Assembly: GCA_030390025.1 (NCBI GenBank)
Contig: CM059431.1
Location: 114,888,001-114,952,000, forward strand
Direction: 5' to 3'
Origin: Squalus acanthias
Lineage: Eukaryota
DNA: 64,000 bases
Positions 24,535 through 37,078 of this stretch are shown here, in pieces (position 1 is the first letter of the stretch; each line of letters starts with the position of its first letter). The position numbers and the translations under genes were made by a program. Below the pieces are notes generated by a model. That model made no database searches. It saw nothing but the letters and a program-made list of their open reading frames with translations, and was not told the DNA's origin.

Positions 24535-24923
24535 CAACAACAACAACAACTTGTATTTATAGAGCGCCTTTAAGGTAGTAAAACATCCCAAGGCGCTTCA
24601 CAGGAGTTTTATAAGACAAAACATTTGACATGAGCCACATAAGGAGAAATTAGGGCAGGTGACCAAAAGCTTGGTCCAAGAGGTAGGTTTTAAGGAGCGT
24701 CTTAAAGGAGGAAAGAGAGGTAGTGAGGCAGAGAGGTTTAGGCAGAGAATTCCAGAGCTTAGGGCCTAGGCAACAGAAGGCACGGCCATCAATGGTTGAG
24801 CTATTATAATCAGGGATCCTCAAGAGGGCAGAATTAGAGGAGCACAGATATTTCGAGGGGTTGTGGGGCTGAAGGAGATTACAGAGATATGAAGGGGCGA
24901 GGCTATGGACGGATTTGAAAACA
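24535..24923 (-). mobile_element. L2 3' end fragment
   Basis: (CAA)n CTTGTATTTATAGAGCGCC start, then high similarity to 45402-45810. Confidence 0.9.
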
Positions 24924-26619
24924 GCATTTTAAAACACAATGGTACAGGCCATCCACCACAGAATTATTAATTTCATATGTATGTCCCATCAAAGCTTATG
25001 TAAACAATCAGCCTAGGTTCTGAGCTGTTGCATATCAAAAATGCTGGGCATTGTCTGCAGGTTAACTAGGGTTTCAACTCCTTCTGTGCCATGAGCGGTA
25101 AGAAACGAACCAAATAAATAATCTAACAGACATTGCACTTTTGTTAGAATTGCATAAAGTAGTGACAAGTTGACCCAGCAATTTTATGTTTATTTCATGA
25201 TGTCCTTGGGTTTCACTACTGCAGCTTATTCATACTTTCTTAAATCGGTATCCTATCTGCCATCTGTGGGTATTAGGTAGTGGAGCTGTATTTGAGCTTT
25301 GAATATATTAGGGCCAATGAGCATTCTACTAGCTATCGCTCTGTATCTGTTAGTTCTGAAGGGGAAAGGGCAGGATCAGAGGAGGCATGCTGCACTCGTT
25401 GGCCTAGACATCTAAGATGATTGCAACCCGCTGTACCTTACACAACCTCGCCCTACAAAGGGCCATTGCCATGGAACAGGCGGAGAAAAAGAGGGTCTGC
25501 CTCCACTAACAGAAGAAGATCCCATTCATCAAACACCTATATGAGTCTGTGAACATATAGCAAGCAGGTATCTTTTGTTGGCTGTGTGCTTGGAGTTTGT
25601 TTCTTGCCACTTTTCATGGGTCACAGGGCCAATTAGATAACATGGCAATAATGCAGAGTGCCATGGTAAACATGGTCATGCCTGTGCAATTGGAAAGTGT
25701 ATGAACACTTGCCAGAGTGCTGCGCATTCTCCCTCTTCATCAAACTTACAAACAAACAAAGTGTGAGCATATTTACTGTGGTATCCTTCTTTAGACCAGC
25801 ACATGTCTTCCTCACTTCTCCTAGGATCTGGTCACAGGTTTGACAGTATTCACTTTTTCTGCTACTTTAATCCAGGATGCTCTTGTGCTACTCTTCAGAC
25901 TGGTTGTACTCTGCTCCAAAAAGGACCACCCATTTCTCCAGCAATTCATACAGCAGGACCTCCAAAGTTGTATCTTGGAAGGTTGCCAATTGTCAAACTG
26001 ATGTTGCTGCAGACGTTTCTATCTCTCAGTAGCATTACACTTTAAGATGATCAAAAGTCTTTTAAGAGCTTCTAGTGCCAGATAACACAACCATTTGCTT
26101 CAGGTGATAGGCACCAGAAGCACTGCGATATTATGCAAAGAGATTGACCTTCCATTATAACACAGTCAACGTAAAGCAGGCACAACACTCAAAAAGCAGC
26201 CCTCGCCCTGCCATAGTGATACACTGCATCATCGACCACATTATGAGCAATGTGTAGTGCTATCCAGCATCCAGCTCAGACTGGTGACTGACAAATACTT
26301 GAATTAATAAGAAGCACCCTAGTTCAGTGGTTGATATGTTCAATGGACTTCAGAGGAATAGGAACTCCCTCAAAAGTTTCTGGAAGTCCATCATTAGCCA
26401 ATGAACTTCCATTCAACCTGATGAGCACCTAGAAAACAAGGTGGTGTTGATAAAGACAGGCCATATTATCTGAACAAGTAAATTGGGGGCTGATCACTTT
26501 TCTTTAAATGTGGATTGGTGTCTAGTTTGGAAAAGTGATTTTGAAGACCACCCACTTAGCAGATGTATAACTGTGTGTTCGCTAAGCATACATTGAATCC
26601 AGCCACATGGGGAAAGACT

Positions 26620-27590
26620 GACATTCCAGATTTAAACTGTCAATCAGTGGATGTTTTTAATCACAGAACAGTCAGCCCCTTTTTTGTCCAGCTGGGATGG
26701 TCTTTGCAAACTCCATGCTGCTTTTTTTCTGGTTTAATTGCTGCTTTTATTCTTCTGAGCCTTCAATCTGTGCCAGAGAAGTTAATGCTGATGTCCCTTA
26801 CTCTTCCCCTACCATCAAATCTAGTACCACACCTTGGATCAGTCATGCTGACCATTCTGCAGTCTCCTGTAAAATTCTGTCTCTTGCACCTAGCCTCTTG
26901 ATCACTCTGAGGCATCTCAAGCCTCCTTGTAACCTCTGAAAATTCACCATTAGATCTGCCAAACACAATGTTTTTGAAAGGACACGTCAACTGGTGTCTT
27001 CCTGCCTTCCCAGCAGCTGCATCTTCTGGCCTCTTGCCAAGGTTGTCTCTCAGAACTTCTACAAATGCTCCTTTCTGCACTTTTTCTGTCCTGATGGCTC
27101 TCCTAAAAAGAAAGCTGACTTTTTGTCTCACTTTGCTCCTGAAATCCTAAACTCAGTAAAGTTCATAACAAGTTCCCTCAATTATGGCCAATATCAAGTT
27201 TTATCCACACCAAGTTTATCGAATCCTCTGCTTTCTGGAGTACTTTGGATCTGATGCAATCCTTCCCAGTCTTCAAAACGTTTGCTGCTGATCTTACCGT
27301 AGTCCATCTCTTGGTCTTGCTCTCATCCCATCTATCATTCTCTTTGGAAGTGTGCTTCTGCTCAACCTGTCCCTACAAAAGGGGTTCCCTCTTACCTTAA
27401 TTGTGGCTCTATTACATCAGTAATTTTTCTAAAGTTATCATTCCGGTTCCACTCTTACTAGTTATAATAGAGCCAGCACATCTCCAGCATTGGCTTCCCC
27501 TCCTGTTACCACACGGTCACCTCCAAATCCCAAGGTTCCATCCATGGCCCTCCTCTTCATTGTCTACATACTGCGTCTGGGAAACATTGA
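26620..27590 (+). mobile_element. Highly degenerate non-LTR retrotransposon (CR1/L2/Jockey group) ORF2 remnant
   Basis: Residual motifs FWPLAKVVSQNF..F.PDG..KKADF and WKCASAQPVPTKG, resembling the EN-RT linker and pre-RT region. Many stops. Confidence 0.45.
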
Positions 27591-28304
27591 GGCCAAAATT
27601 TCACAGCACTTCTGCTGCAACACTGGCAGGAGTGCAGTAGAAGGGCCTTAAATGACGCCAGGATCTGGATACACCAGTTCTGAACCTTTGCACTGAATTT
27701 CTAAATGGCCAGGTAAGAAATAAGTGTCCGCCAACCCCTTACAAGGCCAATGATATGGAAGGGTCGGGTGGTCATATATAACCCTTCCCAAAAATCACTT
27801 AAAATGCTTCCTGAAAAAAAGTCCTTCCACCAATTTAATTCTGAATAATTCACATTCCCAATATCCCAAAAAAGTTTTAAAACAATTTTTAAAAAATCAT
27901 TTCACAATGATATGATTAAATTACCCATTAAATTGTCTTTAAATGCCTTCATTAAGTTTCTACTTGAGAATCTCAGCTTCTCCCAATAGCCTGAGCTTGG
28001 ATTTAACATTCTTGCAGTCTGAGCATGATCAGTGATTCGAATTTCCCAGGATACATCAGTACTGTTAAGTCAGCTGAACAAATGGAATATTTTGCCCCAA
28101 GCAGTGTTTGCGCAGTTGTTTATCAAAATTATTGGAAGAAAAGCTAGAGGACAAATTTTAAAAGCTTTGTTCAGGTAACCTTTACAGGGAGTGTTTTTTG
28201 TAAGGCAGTGTGGTTGTGTGTGAGGGAACGGACAGTGTACTGCTTACAAACCAGGTGTCGCTTTTGTTTTGTGTTCTATAAACTTTGGAAAGCTTTGAGC
28301 CCAG

Positions 28305-28470
28305 CTGTGATAGCCCTACCTCCTGGTTGCACAGCCTGCTGACATTCCCTGTCACATGAATAATGGCCATGTGGCCAAGGTACTGAAAGGCTCCCAACAC
28401 CTGTAGAATCTTACCTCAGCAAGGAACCAATGCCTTCAGGAAAGGAGAGAAAGGGAAAAAATTGAGGAAG
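28305..28470 (+). mobile_element. 3' fragment of the 47262-type SINE
   Basis: CACATGAATAATGGCCA...GGTACT...CCTTCAGGAAAGGAG matches 47540-47625. Confidence 0.55.
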
Positions 28471-28622
28471 AAAACTTAACAGAAAAAATAACGTCCAAAC
28501 AAAAACCAGGTACAACCTTGAGGGAACTATAATACAGATGGATGTGCCATGAAAATGATCCTGATGGCTGCGACAAGCATGGAAAAACCATTAAATATCA
28601 TACTAGAACACCAAAGACAACA

Positions 28623-28810
28623 GGGGGTAGACTTTCCTTTTCAGTGCTGGGGCTTAAGAACTGACCAAGGTGGAAGCCCATATTACAACATCAAGAAACT
28701 GCTTACAAATTTTCAATCATTAAAACAAATGGATACAACCCTCTGAATAGCTTGTGCTTAATTTTGCGATAAGGGCCCACCAAGCTCTTACGCTGAAGAG
28801 AAAAATCTAC
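28623..28810. mobile_element. Tiny Harbinger-type MITE
   Basis: TIRs GTAGACTTTCCTTTTCAG and CTGAAGAGAAAAATCTAC. Confidence 0.5.
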
Positions 28811-29452
28811 GTATAGATTTCCGATGTGGTTCAGGGAGTGATTGTTAACTCAGCGTTTAAACTTGGGAGGCACATTGGCAGGATTTAGAGGGGCGGATGT
28901 TGGGCAGTGCCTTTCACCACCTCTTTCTGTAGCTGGTCTCACATTTTTGAACATGCATAATATTGGGCTTAATATTAATGTGCCCCAGCCACTCAGATAG
29001 GCATCTGGAATCCTTGAAGTGATTCACCTACAAGTCAGCTGTTTTCTTCTTCTGCCTCTTGCTGTAGCTTCTTGTCCTCTCTTCTGGCCTTTCAATCCAG
29101 CACTACAGTCCCTGGCAATCCCCAATCCTCCACTCCTTTCTTTGCCCTGCAGACTCCCAATGCGATTTTAAATCCTCTATCCCACTTAATGGCCAGAATT
29201 TTCTGCACCTGGGCGGATCGGGTGCGGGCATTCCATTCTGCTCCTGAGATCGACTTTCCCTTAATGGTGCCTCTTAAGGCAGCTCTGCGCGTTTCCTGGC
29301 ACGATGAAATGGTACGGGTCTGATGATGTCATCGATGACGTGTTTTCAGCCGAGACATTTAAAGGAGCCATGGCCACATTACATTTGAAGGTTCATCTAG
29401 GATAGGGCAGGCACTGCACTGCACCATTGGAGTGTTGCAAGGACTTGGAAAC

Positions 29453-31306
29453 ATGACTGCAAAAGAGACAGAGGGCTGCACCCAAGTTCTCAGATGACTC
29501 CCTCCATATGCTTGTGGAGGGAGTGAGAGCATGCAGGGAGGTCCTCTTCCCTTCGGATGGGCGAAAGAGTCCTCCCCAGCAGACCAAACGAGCCTGGTTA
29601 GAGATTGCAGAGGAGGTGAACAGCAGGGATGTGTTCAGGAGGACCTGGGTGCAGTGCCAGAAACAGTTCAATGATCTCATTAGATCAGGAAAGGTGAGTG
29701 CAAAGCCACACTCAACCTCATCCTGCTGTGCCTCTCATCACATCCCCATCACTCTGCCTTCCCAAGCCTACTCCTGCACATCATTACTCACACCAACATA
29801 CCTTGCACGTCCACCCATCCCTCTCTATCTACATTATCACATCCCCATCTGACTAACCACCCCTCACACTCACCCTCATCCTAATGCAATCATACCAACT
29901 AACAACACCCAAGGAGGCCATTTGGTATTGGCATCCCACTCCATCACAGTCACCCTCTACAGATGTAACCCATCCATTCCTTACACTCATTCCATCACTC
30001 TCACTCAAACTTCTCTTCTTTCCCTCCTTGCAGGAGAAGAGAGCCCACAATAAGAGGGAGAGGGAGAGAACCGGAGGTGGCCCTACATCATTGGCCACCT
30101 TAACTGCAGCAGAGGAGGTCGCCCTGGAAGTATCAGGAGTTGTAGAAAAGCTGGCGGTGGGAGATGGAGAGAGGGGAACATCTCAGCAACCTGGTGACAG
30201 AATTAGATCTCATACAGCCACATGGCATACAGCAGTCACTCATACGGGGACTGATCTCAGCAGCTAGTGAATGTTCATCATTTGCGTAATTGTATTTTTA
30301 CCGATTCTTGATATGACATATCTAACTCATCTCTTTACTCTCTCACAGGTCCATCAAGAGTCCCCCCCCCACCCCCCCAACTGTCTAGGAGGAAGAACAA
30401 GACGACTCCTCAGGGGAGCCACCAGCCTCCGGTGTCTGGTGCACTGTCACCAGACATAAGCGCACCTAGCACCAACGCAGACACGCACACCTCGGTAGCT
30501 TCCACGCGACATAGAGTAGTGTTCTCACCTGGGTGTGTCACAGGTGAGTAAGAGGAGATGGTGGAGACAGGGACAGCAGTGGAGACTCCTTGCCAGAGGG
30601 TGCAGGACTCTCCCAGCTCTGCTTAACTGCATGCAGACGCTGAGCCTTGGGGGCCATCCTAAAGAGGGCGATCCTGGAGGTGCAGGAAGAAGTGCAGGAG
30701 GCTTTGACAGGTTTTGCGACCACGATGTCTGCAAATGTGCAGAGAATTGAGGAATCCATCTCCAACATGAGCACCACTGTGTCGCATGGAAAGGATTACC
30801 ACCTGCTTGAAGCAGCTAATGCACCACTCACAGGAGCACATAGAATCTATGGAGAATAGATGGCTATCTATGGAGAATAGATGGCAGACGCTCATAGAGC
30901 TCCTCTCTAGGAGGGATGTCAACGTAGACTTGGGTCCTAATGGCCCCACTGCTATGCATCTCCTTGCTAGCAGGGAAGTGCGAGTGGCCCCTGAGAGGGA
31001 CGACGGTGAGAGTTAACATGGAAGTGGGGGCTCCTCTCAAAGTGCTCATACTTCTCCCCGTTGCATCCCCCTCAGTCAGAGCCCCACATGCCTCCTGGGA
31101 TCACGATGGCCGAGTTTGTGGTTGCACAGTCGCAGGAGGAGCAGACTTTGGTGGGGCCTTCACAGGCTCCAAGACCCAGAGGACATCCGCCAAAAGTGTC
31201 TATGCAGTCACAGCAGGGAAGTGAGCAGGCTGCCTCTACCTCTGCTGAAGCCACAGGGGTAGCTCCTCGTAGAAGCACGCGTAAGAGAAAGATGAAACAC
31301 AGGTAG
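29453..31306 (+). pseudogene. Harbinger Myb/SANT-like DNA-binding gene, three exons, frameshifted
   Basis: Exon 1 ends at 29693 (REVLFPSDGRK...RAWLEIAEEVN...RTWVQCQKQFNDL, then GTGAGT). Exon 2 30034-30193 (160 nt, same length as in the 7392 element). Exon 3 30349-31306 ends in basic RRSTRKRKMKHR. Confidence 0.85.
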
Positions 31307-31609
31307 ATGCGCAAGGGTAAGCACTTGGGTGTTTTAATAACTCTTTGTGTTAAGTTACCATTACTCTGATGTCACAGATAAAAATAATTATTTTCGCCAT
31401 TTTCCGGTCATGGCCAATTTTGTCTGCAACTTTGGAAGTGGCTCAGTGAGTTGGAGTGAATGGTGAGACATAACGTTACATCCAGCAATAGTGGTCAGTG
31501 TGAAAGGAATGGATTGGTCATTGTACGGATGCTTTAAGGTGTTGCTGTGGGGTGGTGTGAACCTGGCACAGCATGTGGCAGCCATATGGGTGTAATGCCT
31601 GAAGTTAAG

Positions 31610-32781
31610 TAAATCTGGCCATGAAGAGGCCATCCCTGGCCTCCCGGGCAGGATCTGGACCGCAGGTTCCTCCTGCTCCTCCTCCTCCTCATCTTCCAGC
31701 TGATGCTCCTCCTCCTCTGAAGAGGCTGTGCGCTCATAGCCTTGCTCCTCATGTAGCGCTAATCCTCGTTGCTGTGCTATGTTGTGCAGGGGGCAGCAGA
31801 CCACGATGATTCTGGAGACCCTGGCTGGTGCATACTGAAGGACTCCTCCAAATCTGTCAAGGCATCTGAAGCACATTTTGAGCATGCCTATTGTTTGCTG
31901 TATGACACATCTGGTGGAAATGTGGCTTTCATTATATCTCTGCTCGGCCTCAGTACTTGGCCTCCTCAAGGGTGTCATGAGCCACTTCTTCAATGGCTAG
32001 CCCTTGTCTCCAAGCAGCCAGCTGGAAAGTCTGTTCGGAGGAGCGAAGAGCTGAGGGAGGATGGACTGGCGCAGGATGAAAAAGTCATGGCAGCTGCCAG
32101 GGAATTTGGTGCACACATGCATGATGATCTTCCTGTGGTTGCAGACAAGCTGCACATTAAGGGAGTGGAAGCCCTTGCAATTGACAGAGACTCCTGGGTT
32201 ATGATAGGGTGCCTTGATGACCACACGTGTGCAGTCGATGACGCCCTGCACCCATGGGAAGCCAGCCAGAGCAGCAAAGCCGAGTGCCCGCTCAGTAACA
32301 CTGGCTTCATCAGTGGCAAAGTTGATATAATTGGCTGGCTTGTCAAACAGGGCATCGATGACCTGTGTGATGCATCTGTGGGTGGCCAACTGCGAGATGC
32401 CGCAAATGTCTGCTGCAGAAGAGCCAAAGAAGTTGAGGGTGCTGGTGACTTTGACAGCCACTGGTAAGGCGTGCCCACCAAATCCTCTGGGCTACAGGTC
32501 TTGCTCCAGCAATCTGCAAATGTCTGCAATAACCTTTGGCACTGCTGCTCAGTCATGTTGAGGAAGCTCATCCTCTGCCTGTATAGCCTGTGTTGGGGGT
32601 ATCGCCTCTGGCACAGTGAAGCCCTGCGCTGATGCCCTCTGTCCTGTGCAGCATCAGGTGGATGAGGAGAAGGTTGGTGGTGTTGTTGTTGGTGCTGCTG
32701 GTGTGCCTGGTGCTGCTGGTGTTGGGGCTCATCTTGGTCCAATTCTGAGGACCAAGGTGAGACAGTATAAACAGCACCCAT
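31610..32781 (-). pseudogene. HARBI1-like (DDE_Tnp_4) Harbinger transposase, frameshifted
   Basis: Motifs [72 protein letters not shown] and an acidic tail, split over three frames. Confidence 0.92.
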
Positions 32782-33519
32782 GCTGATGTAATAGATGGCA
32801 GGTCAAGTAGAGATGAAAGATGCAATCTGTCAATGGTGTCATAGGTTCAACCAATGAGGTGACAGTGGATCCCGACTTTGCTGAAAACACTTGCAACCTC
32901 TAGAAAGCTAAATCTGTGGTGCATTAAGTAAGCAGGTGTCAGGTGGTATTTATTGTGCTTTCCATGCTCTGCACTAATGAGTTCCATCAATGGCCACTCA
33001 ACTTCTGCCTCAGGTTCACAGACATGGTTCCAGAGCTGCGTGATTCCCGTGCTCATCTAGGGAAATTGGAAAGGTAGGGTTAAAAAGAAGCTTAAGGGTC
33101 TGACAAGTACCTAATAATGATCTAAATTAGCTCGGCCGCCTCTGCTGTTCGGGTCGCGGCCGCGCTGGCAAACGTGCCCGAGTGAAAGGCGCGTGGAGGT
33201 GGGATGATGGCAGGTTCCCGACCCGCACCGAGTTATTTCAACTTTCATTCCCGGCCCGCCTCCAATCCCGCCCGTACGGACGCCAGAAAATTCTGGCCAA
33301 TGTGTTTCCAAGTTTCTCTGCCCAGCACCTTGGTCCCCAGCTGTAGATTTGGGTAAGCCCCCTCGTGTCTCATGCTACTATATTAAATACCCCTGCTTTC
33401 TCCCTACCTTCGCTTTTGTAGTGGGAGAGTTTAGTAACACTGCTGGAATTAAGGCTATCCCACCCTTCTCCATACTTGGAAATTGGTCCAGTCCCTACAG
33501 TGATGCATTATTTAAACAT

Positions 33520-33762
33520 TCCTTTTATTGTTGTATTATAGAACACTAAGTGCTTTATCATCCATACTTCATTGTTTGATCACAATCTAGGAACATCAAG
33601 GACAACTAACTCAAAATAAAAACGTATGACAGACATTTTTGATATTTGCATCACAGCAGGATATGAGTATTCCCTAAGCAAGCTGTAAATGTTCTGAACA
33701 ACAGAATAGTGTAACCATTTATGGAGAAGGGGGAAACACCATCTATCTGATCTGTTTGTGCT
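33520..33762. repeat. Left arm of a dispersed inverted repeat (partner at 39105-39330)
   Basis: 33629-33673 is the reverse complement of 39190-39234 with 1 mismatch. Flanks align more weakly. Confidence 0.8.
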
Positions 33763-34254
33763 GGCCAGTGTTTTAAAGTGGAGCTGAATTTTACTTTAAA
33801 ATTACAGTAAACCTATCATGTCAGATAACCTTGTAAGCGTGTAAAGAGCCGGGAAGGAAGATGTGAGTCATTTCTTAAAGGAAAGGACTAGAAGAAAAAA
33901 TTGGAGGCTAACCACCATGATCTCCATTTCCAGCAAAATGCAAGGGCCAGCTTAAAGTCAAGCATCAAACACATAACAGTCCTCACAAACTCTCACTCTA
34001 CCAGACATGCTGGAGCGGCGGTAGTCAATAGGACCCACTAATGTAACATTTCTGGTTAAATCCATGCCTCCGGACAGAAACCCCGGAGACCATGAAAATT
34101 CATGACCTATCTCACAAACCTCCCCCCCTTCCCAAACGTGTATGCTAAACTTGCTACCTGGTTCAACCTTGCTAAGTTGTACTGCTCTCAGTAGCCACAG
34201 CATAATGCACATCTAAATTATTCCTCAACCTGACCACTTCCATTACAAAACAAA

Positions 34255-36006
34255 GGGCTAAATATTTGTGGCCGCCACGAGAGTTGCCGGTGTCGCCACG
34301 GCCTCGGGTTAACGGCTGCTGAAAATGGACAAAGCGCTACCGGAGAAAGATTCACGCTGGGGGCTAAAGAATTTTAGCCCAGCACTAAATTACCATGTAA
34401 CGCTCTCCTGGTGGCGTTAGTGCAGACATGGGAGTCGAAGTTCCCGTCCAGGAGCGGCGTTCCAGCTTCCAACAGCCTCTGGAAGCGAGGCCATAGAGTT
34501 TGCTGGGCATTGTGAGAAATTAAAAGGACAATGCATTAAAAGGGCAATGACTTCTGAATTAATAAAATTAAAAATGAAGTGAAAAACTTCAGTTTTCAGC
34601 CCTTGGTCCTAAATGGGTGTCTTCAGCTCTTAAAGCTGAATTCCCTTCCGAACCTCAAAAAATAGGAAAAGTGCTTCAGCACTAACACAAATGGCTCAGC
34701 GAGCCAGGGCAGGGGCACCCAGGGTCTTGCACGCAGCACTCCAGCTTTGTGCAGGGGGTCAACACTGCAGGAGAGGTCCTCTACCCACAGGGGCCAGGAG
34801 GCCCTCCAGAAAGAACGATGTGGGACCACATCGCTGAGCCATCACTGCCAGCAGTGTCGCCCCCACCACCTGGCTCCAGTGCCCAAAGAAGCTTCATGAC
34901 CTCAGACCACGGGTCAAGCTCAGTGAATGCATCTTCAAAAGCTGTCTCCCACCAATTGCATCACTAGCCTCACGCACTGCTCAATGCACGACTCCCTGCC
35001 CACCCAATCACCCACGTACCAACAATCTGTACTAATCGCGAGGCACATCTTCCATTCCTAGCCTCACCTCAACCCCTTGGTGGAGACGGTGCTTGGCATT
35101 CTTGGCAGGAGCATGGCTTAGCACTTGACCAGTGGCAGGGCAGAAAGGATACAAGATGCTGATATCCTCATGTGTTATCCTCCTTCTGGCATGCACCTCT
35201 TGCTTTCCCACCCTCCCCTCACCACAACTCCACCCTTGTGCCTTCCTCATTTCGCACACCCAAGAAATCCAGCCTGCCCATCCAGTGGTTGACCAGAAGA
35301 GGGAGAGAAGAAACACCGTCACTCGATTTCACACTCCCAGCCACCAGCTCCTCGAGGTGGTCCTGCAAGGCCATTTGCAGTGGCCCCCACTGAAAGTCAG
35401 CAGCCTTCCACCAGCCATGCTGTAGTCACTGGGGTAGCACTACATGACATCAGTAGGATAGGCAAAGGCACACACAAGACAGTTACTAAGAGCATGCCTA
35501 AGGCTAATGAGTTTATTTTTTGATGTCATATTGGATGGATAGACGTATAAAGTTAGATTGGAAAGTTTGCTTTGTGGTGGCTTTTATTTCAGCATCATGG
35601 CCAAGAGGACGCTGTGATGGTCAGTAACAGAGAGAAGGTAAGGTGTGGGACAAATGTTGAAAGGGGAATTGGGGTTGTGGTCATTGGTACCGCAGGCAGA
35701 TGATTCCATCCCGGATATCCCAGCCAGAAAGGGACTGTCTGAGCTGCAAGCTTCCTTCTGCTTCCTCCTCCTCTTTTATTTTTATCAGAAGGCATTTCCC
35801 TTTTAATGCATTGCCCTTTTAATGTCCCACAATGCCTAGCAAACTCATTGCCTCGCTTCCAGAGGCTGATGGAAGATGGAACGCCGCTTCTGGATGCCAA
35901 CTCCACCTCCACCTGCAACTCTACCGCCGCCACTATTTTCAGCGGCCGTTAACCTGAGGCCGCAGTAACACTGGCAACTCTCGTGGCGACAACGAATTTC
36001 TAGGCC
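34255..36006 (+). mobile_element. Non-autonomous Harbinger derivative with long composite inverted ends
   Basis: ~72-bp imperfect TIRs (34255-34326 and 35935-36006) plus an inner IR (~34435-34567 and ~35774-35912). Decayed Myb/SANT exon 1 at ~34692-34925. Acidic transposase-like C-terminus on the minus strand at ~35682-35773. Confidence 0.75.
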
Positions 36007-36697
36007 TCTGTCTTTATCCCTTCAGCAGAACATGTGTTATCTAGCTGACAATATTCCTCTCAGCCAGGAACTTACCCAACGAAGGACAGCGTTGCCTCCA
36101 TGACTAGCTCCTTCTGGTGGGTACATATCAAATTACATCCTATAGTCCTAAATACTACTTTGAAAGAGATTACTTGGTCTTTGAAACAGAGAAAACGATT
36201 CAGGTGAACACATCTGATCTGGGGCAGTCTGGGCAGTGTGACAGTAAGGAAGTTAGGAATAGATATCATTTACTTTTCTTGGCTGCTCTCAGGTGGATGT
36301 GTGCTACTACATTAAGGTTGCTCCTTAACTTGAGCTTTGCATCTTCTGGTTCTGTTCCCATTGATTAATATTTAACTTCCTGATTGTGACCTTTGGTTCC
36401 TCCTATGAAAGAGGATAGCGAACATGAGAGCAAGACAGTTAGAGATAACTTAATTGAGGGAATAAGGGAGGTCAGTAAAAGGATAAGAGGGGTTAAGGGT
36501 AGGAAAAAACAGTTACATTATTACATAAATGTTTACTGTGTTTCACATTGCAACTGGAATAATTTAACACCTATGCTTATGAGTAACGTATTGAACTTAC
36601 TTCATTTAATATCATTCCTTGCGTATTTTGTATTTGTCATGATTGTAGAGTCACCAGTTAATTTTCATCTTTGTCATTGGTTAAGTGTTTACATAGC

Positions 36698-37078
36698 ACA
36701 TTTATTTAGCACCTTTCACAACCTCAGGATGTCCCATATTCAGTACATTTGAAGTGTAGTCGCTGTTGTAATGTCGGAAACGCGGCAGCCAATTGGTGCA
36801 TAACAAGGTCCCACAAACAGCAATGAGATAATGACCAAATAATCTGTTTTAGAGATGCTGGTGGAGGGGTAAATATTGACCAGGACTCCGGGGAGAACTC
36901 CGCTGCTCTTCTTCGAGATAGTGCCGCGGGATCTTTTATGTCCATCTGAGAGAGCAGACGGAGCCTCGGTTTAACATCCCATCCGAAAGACAGCCCCTCT
37001 GACCAGTGTAGCGCTCCCTCACTACTGCACTGGAGTGTCAGCCTAGACTTTATGCTCAAATCTCTGGAGTGGGACTTG
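36698..37078 (-). mobile_element. SacSINE1-like DeuSINE
   Basis: Reverse complement aligns with 23904-24300. The extreme 5' head is missing. Confidence 0.85.

Larger units (their letters stand above)
29191..33298. mobile_element. Full-length two-gene PIF/Harbinger DNA transposon (inactive)
   Basis: Perfect 15-bp TIR GGCCAGAATTTTCTG. TSD AAT at 29188-29190 and 33299-33301. Convergent Myb/SANT gene (+) and DDE transposase (-). Confidence 0.93.

Noticed and set aside
23430..25167. Possible old solo LTR (TGTCACT...AGTGACA)
   Set aside because: No matching TSD and uncertain boundaries.
30845..30885. 21-bp tandem duplication (SMENRW x2)
   Set aside because: A local slippage inside the dead Myb gene, with no separate significance.
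31769..32467. 232-aa plus-strand ORF
   Set aside because: Antisense shadow of the Harbinger transposase.
31610..32781. Domesticated host HARBI1 gene
   Set aside because: Frameshifted, flanked by TIRs and a TSD, and paired with a Myb gene, so it is a transposon copy.
36072..36150. Possible minus-strand exon with a GTAAG donor
   Set aside because: No recognisable protein and no partner exons.
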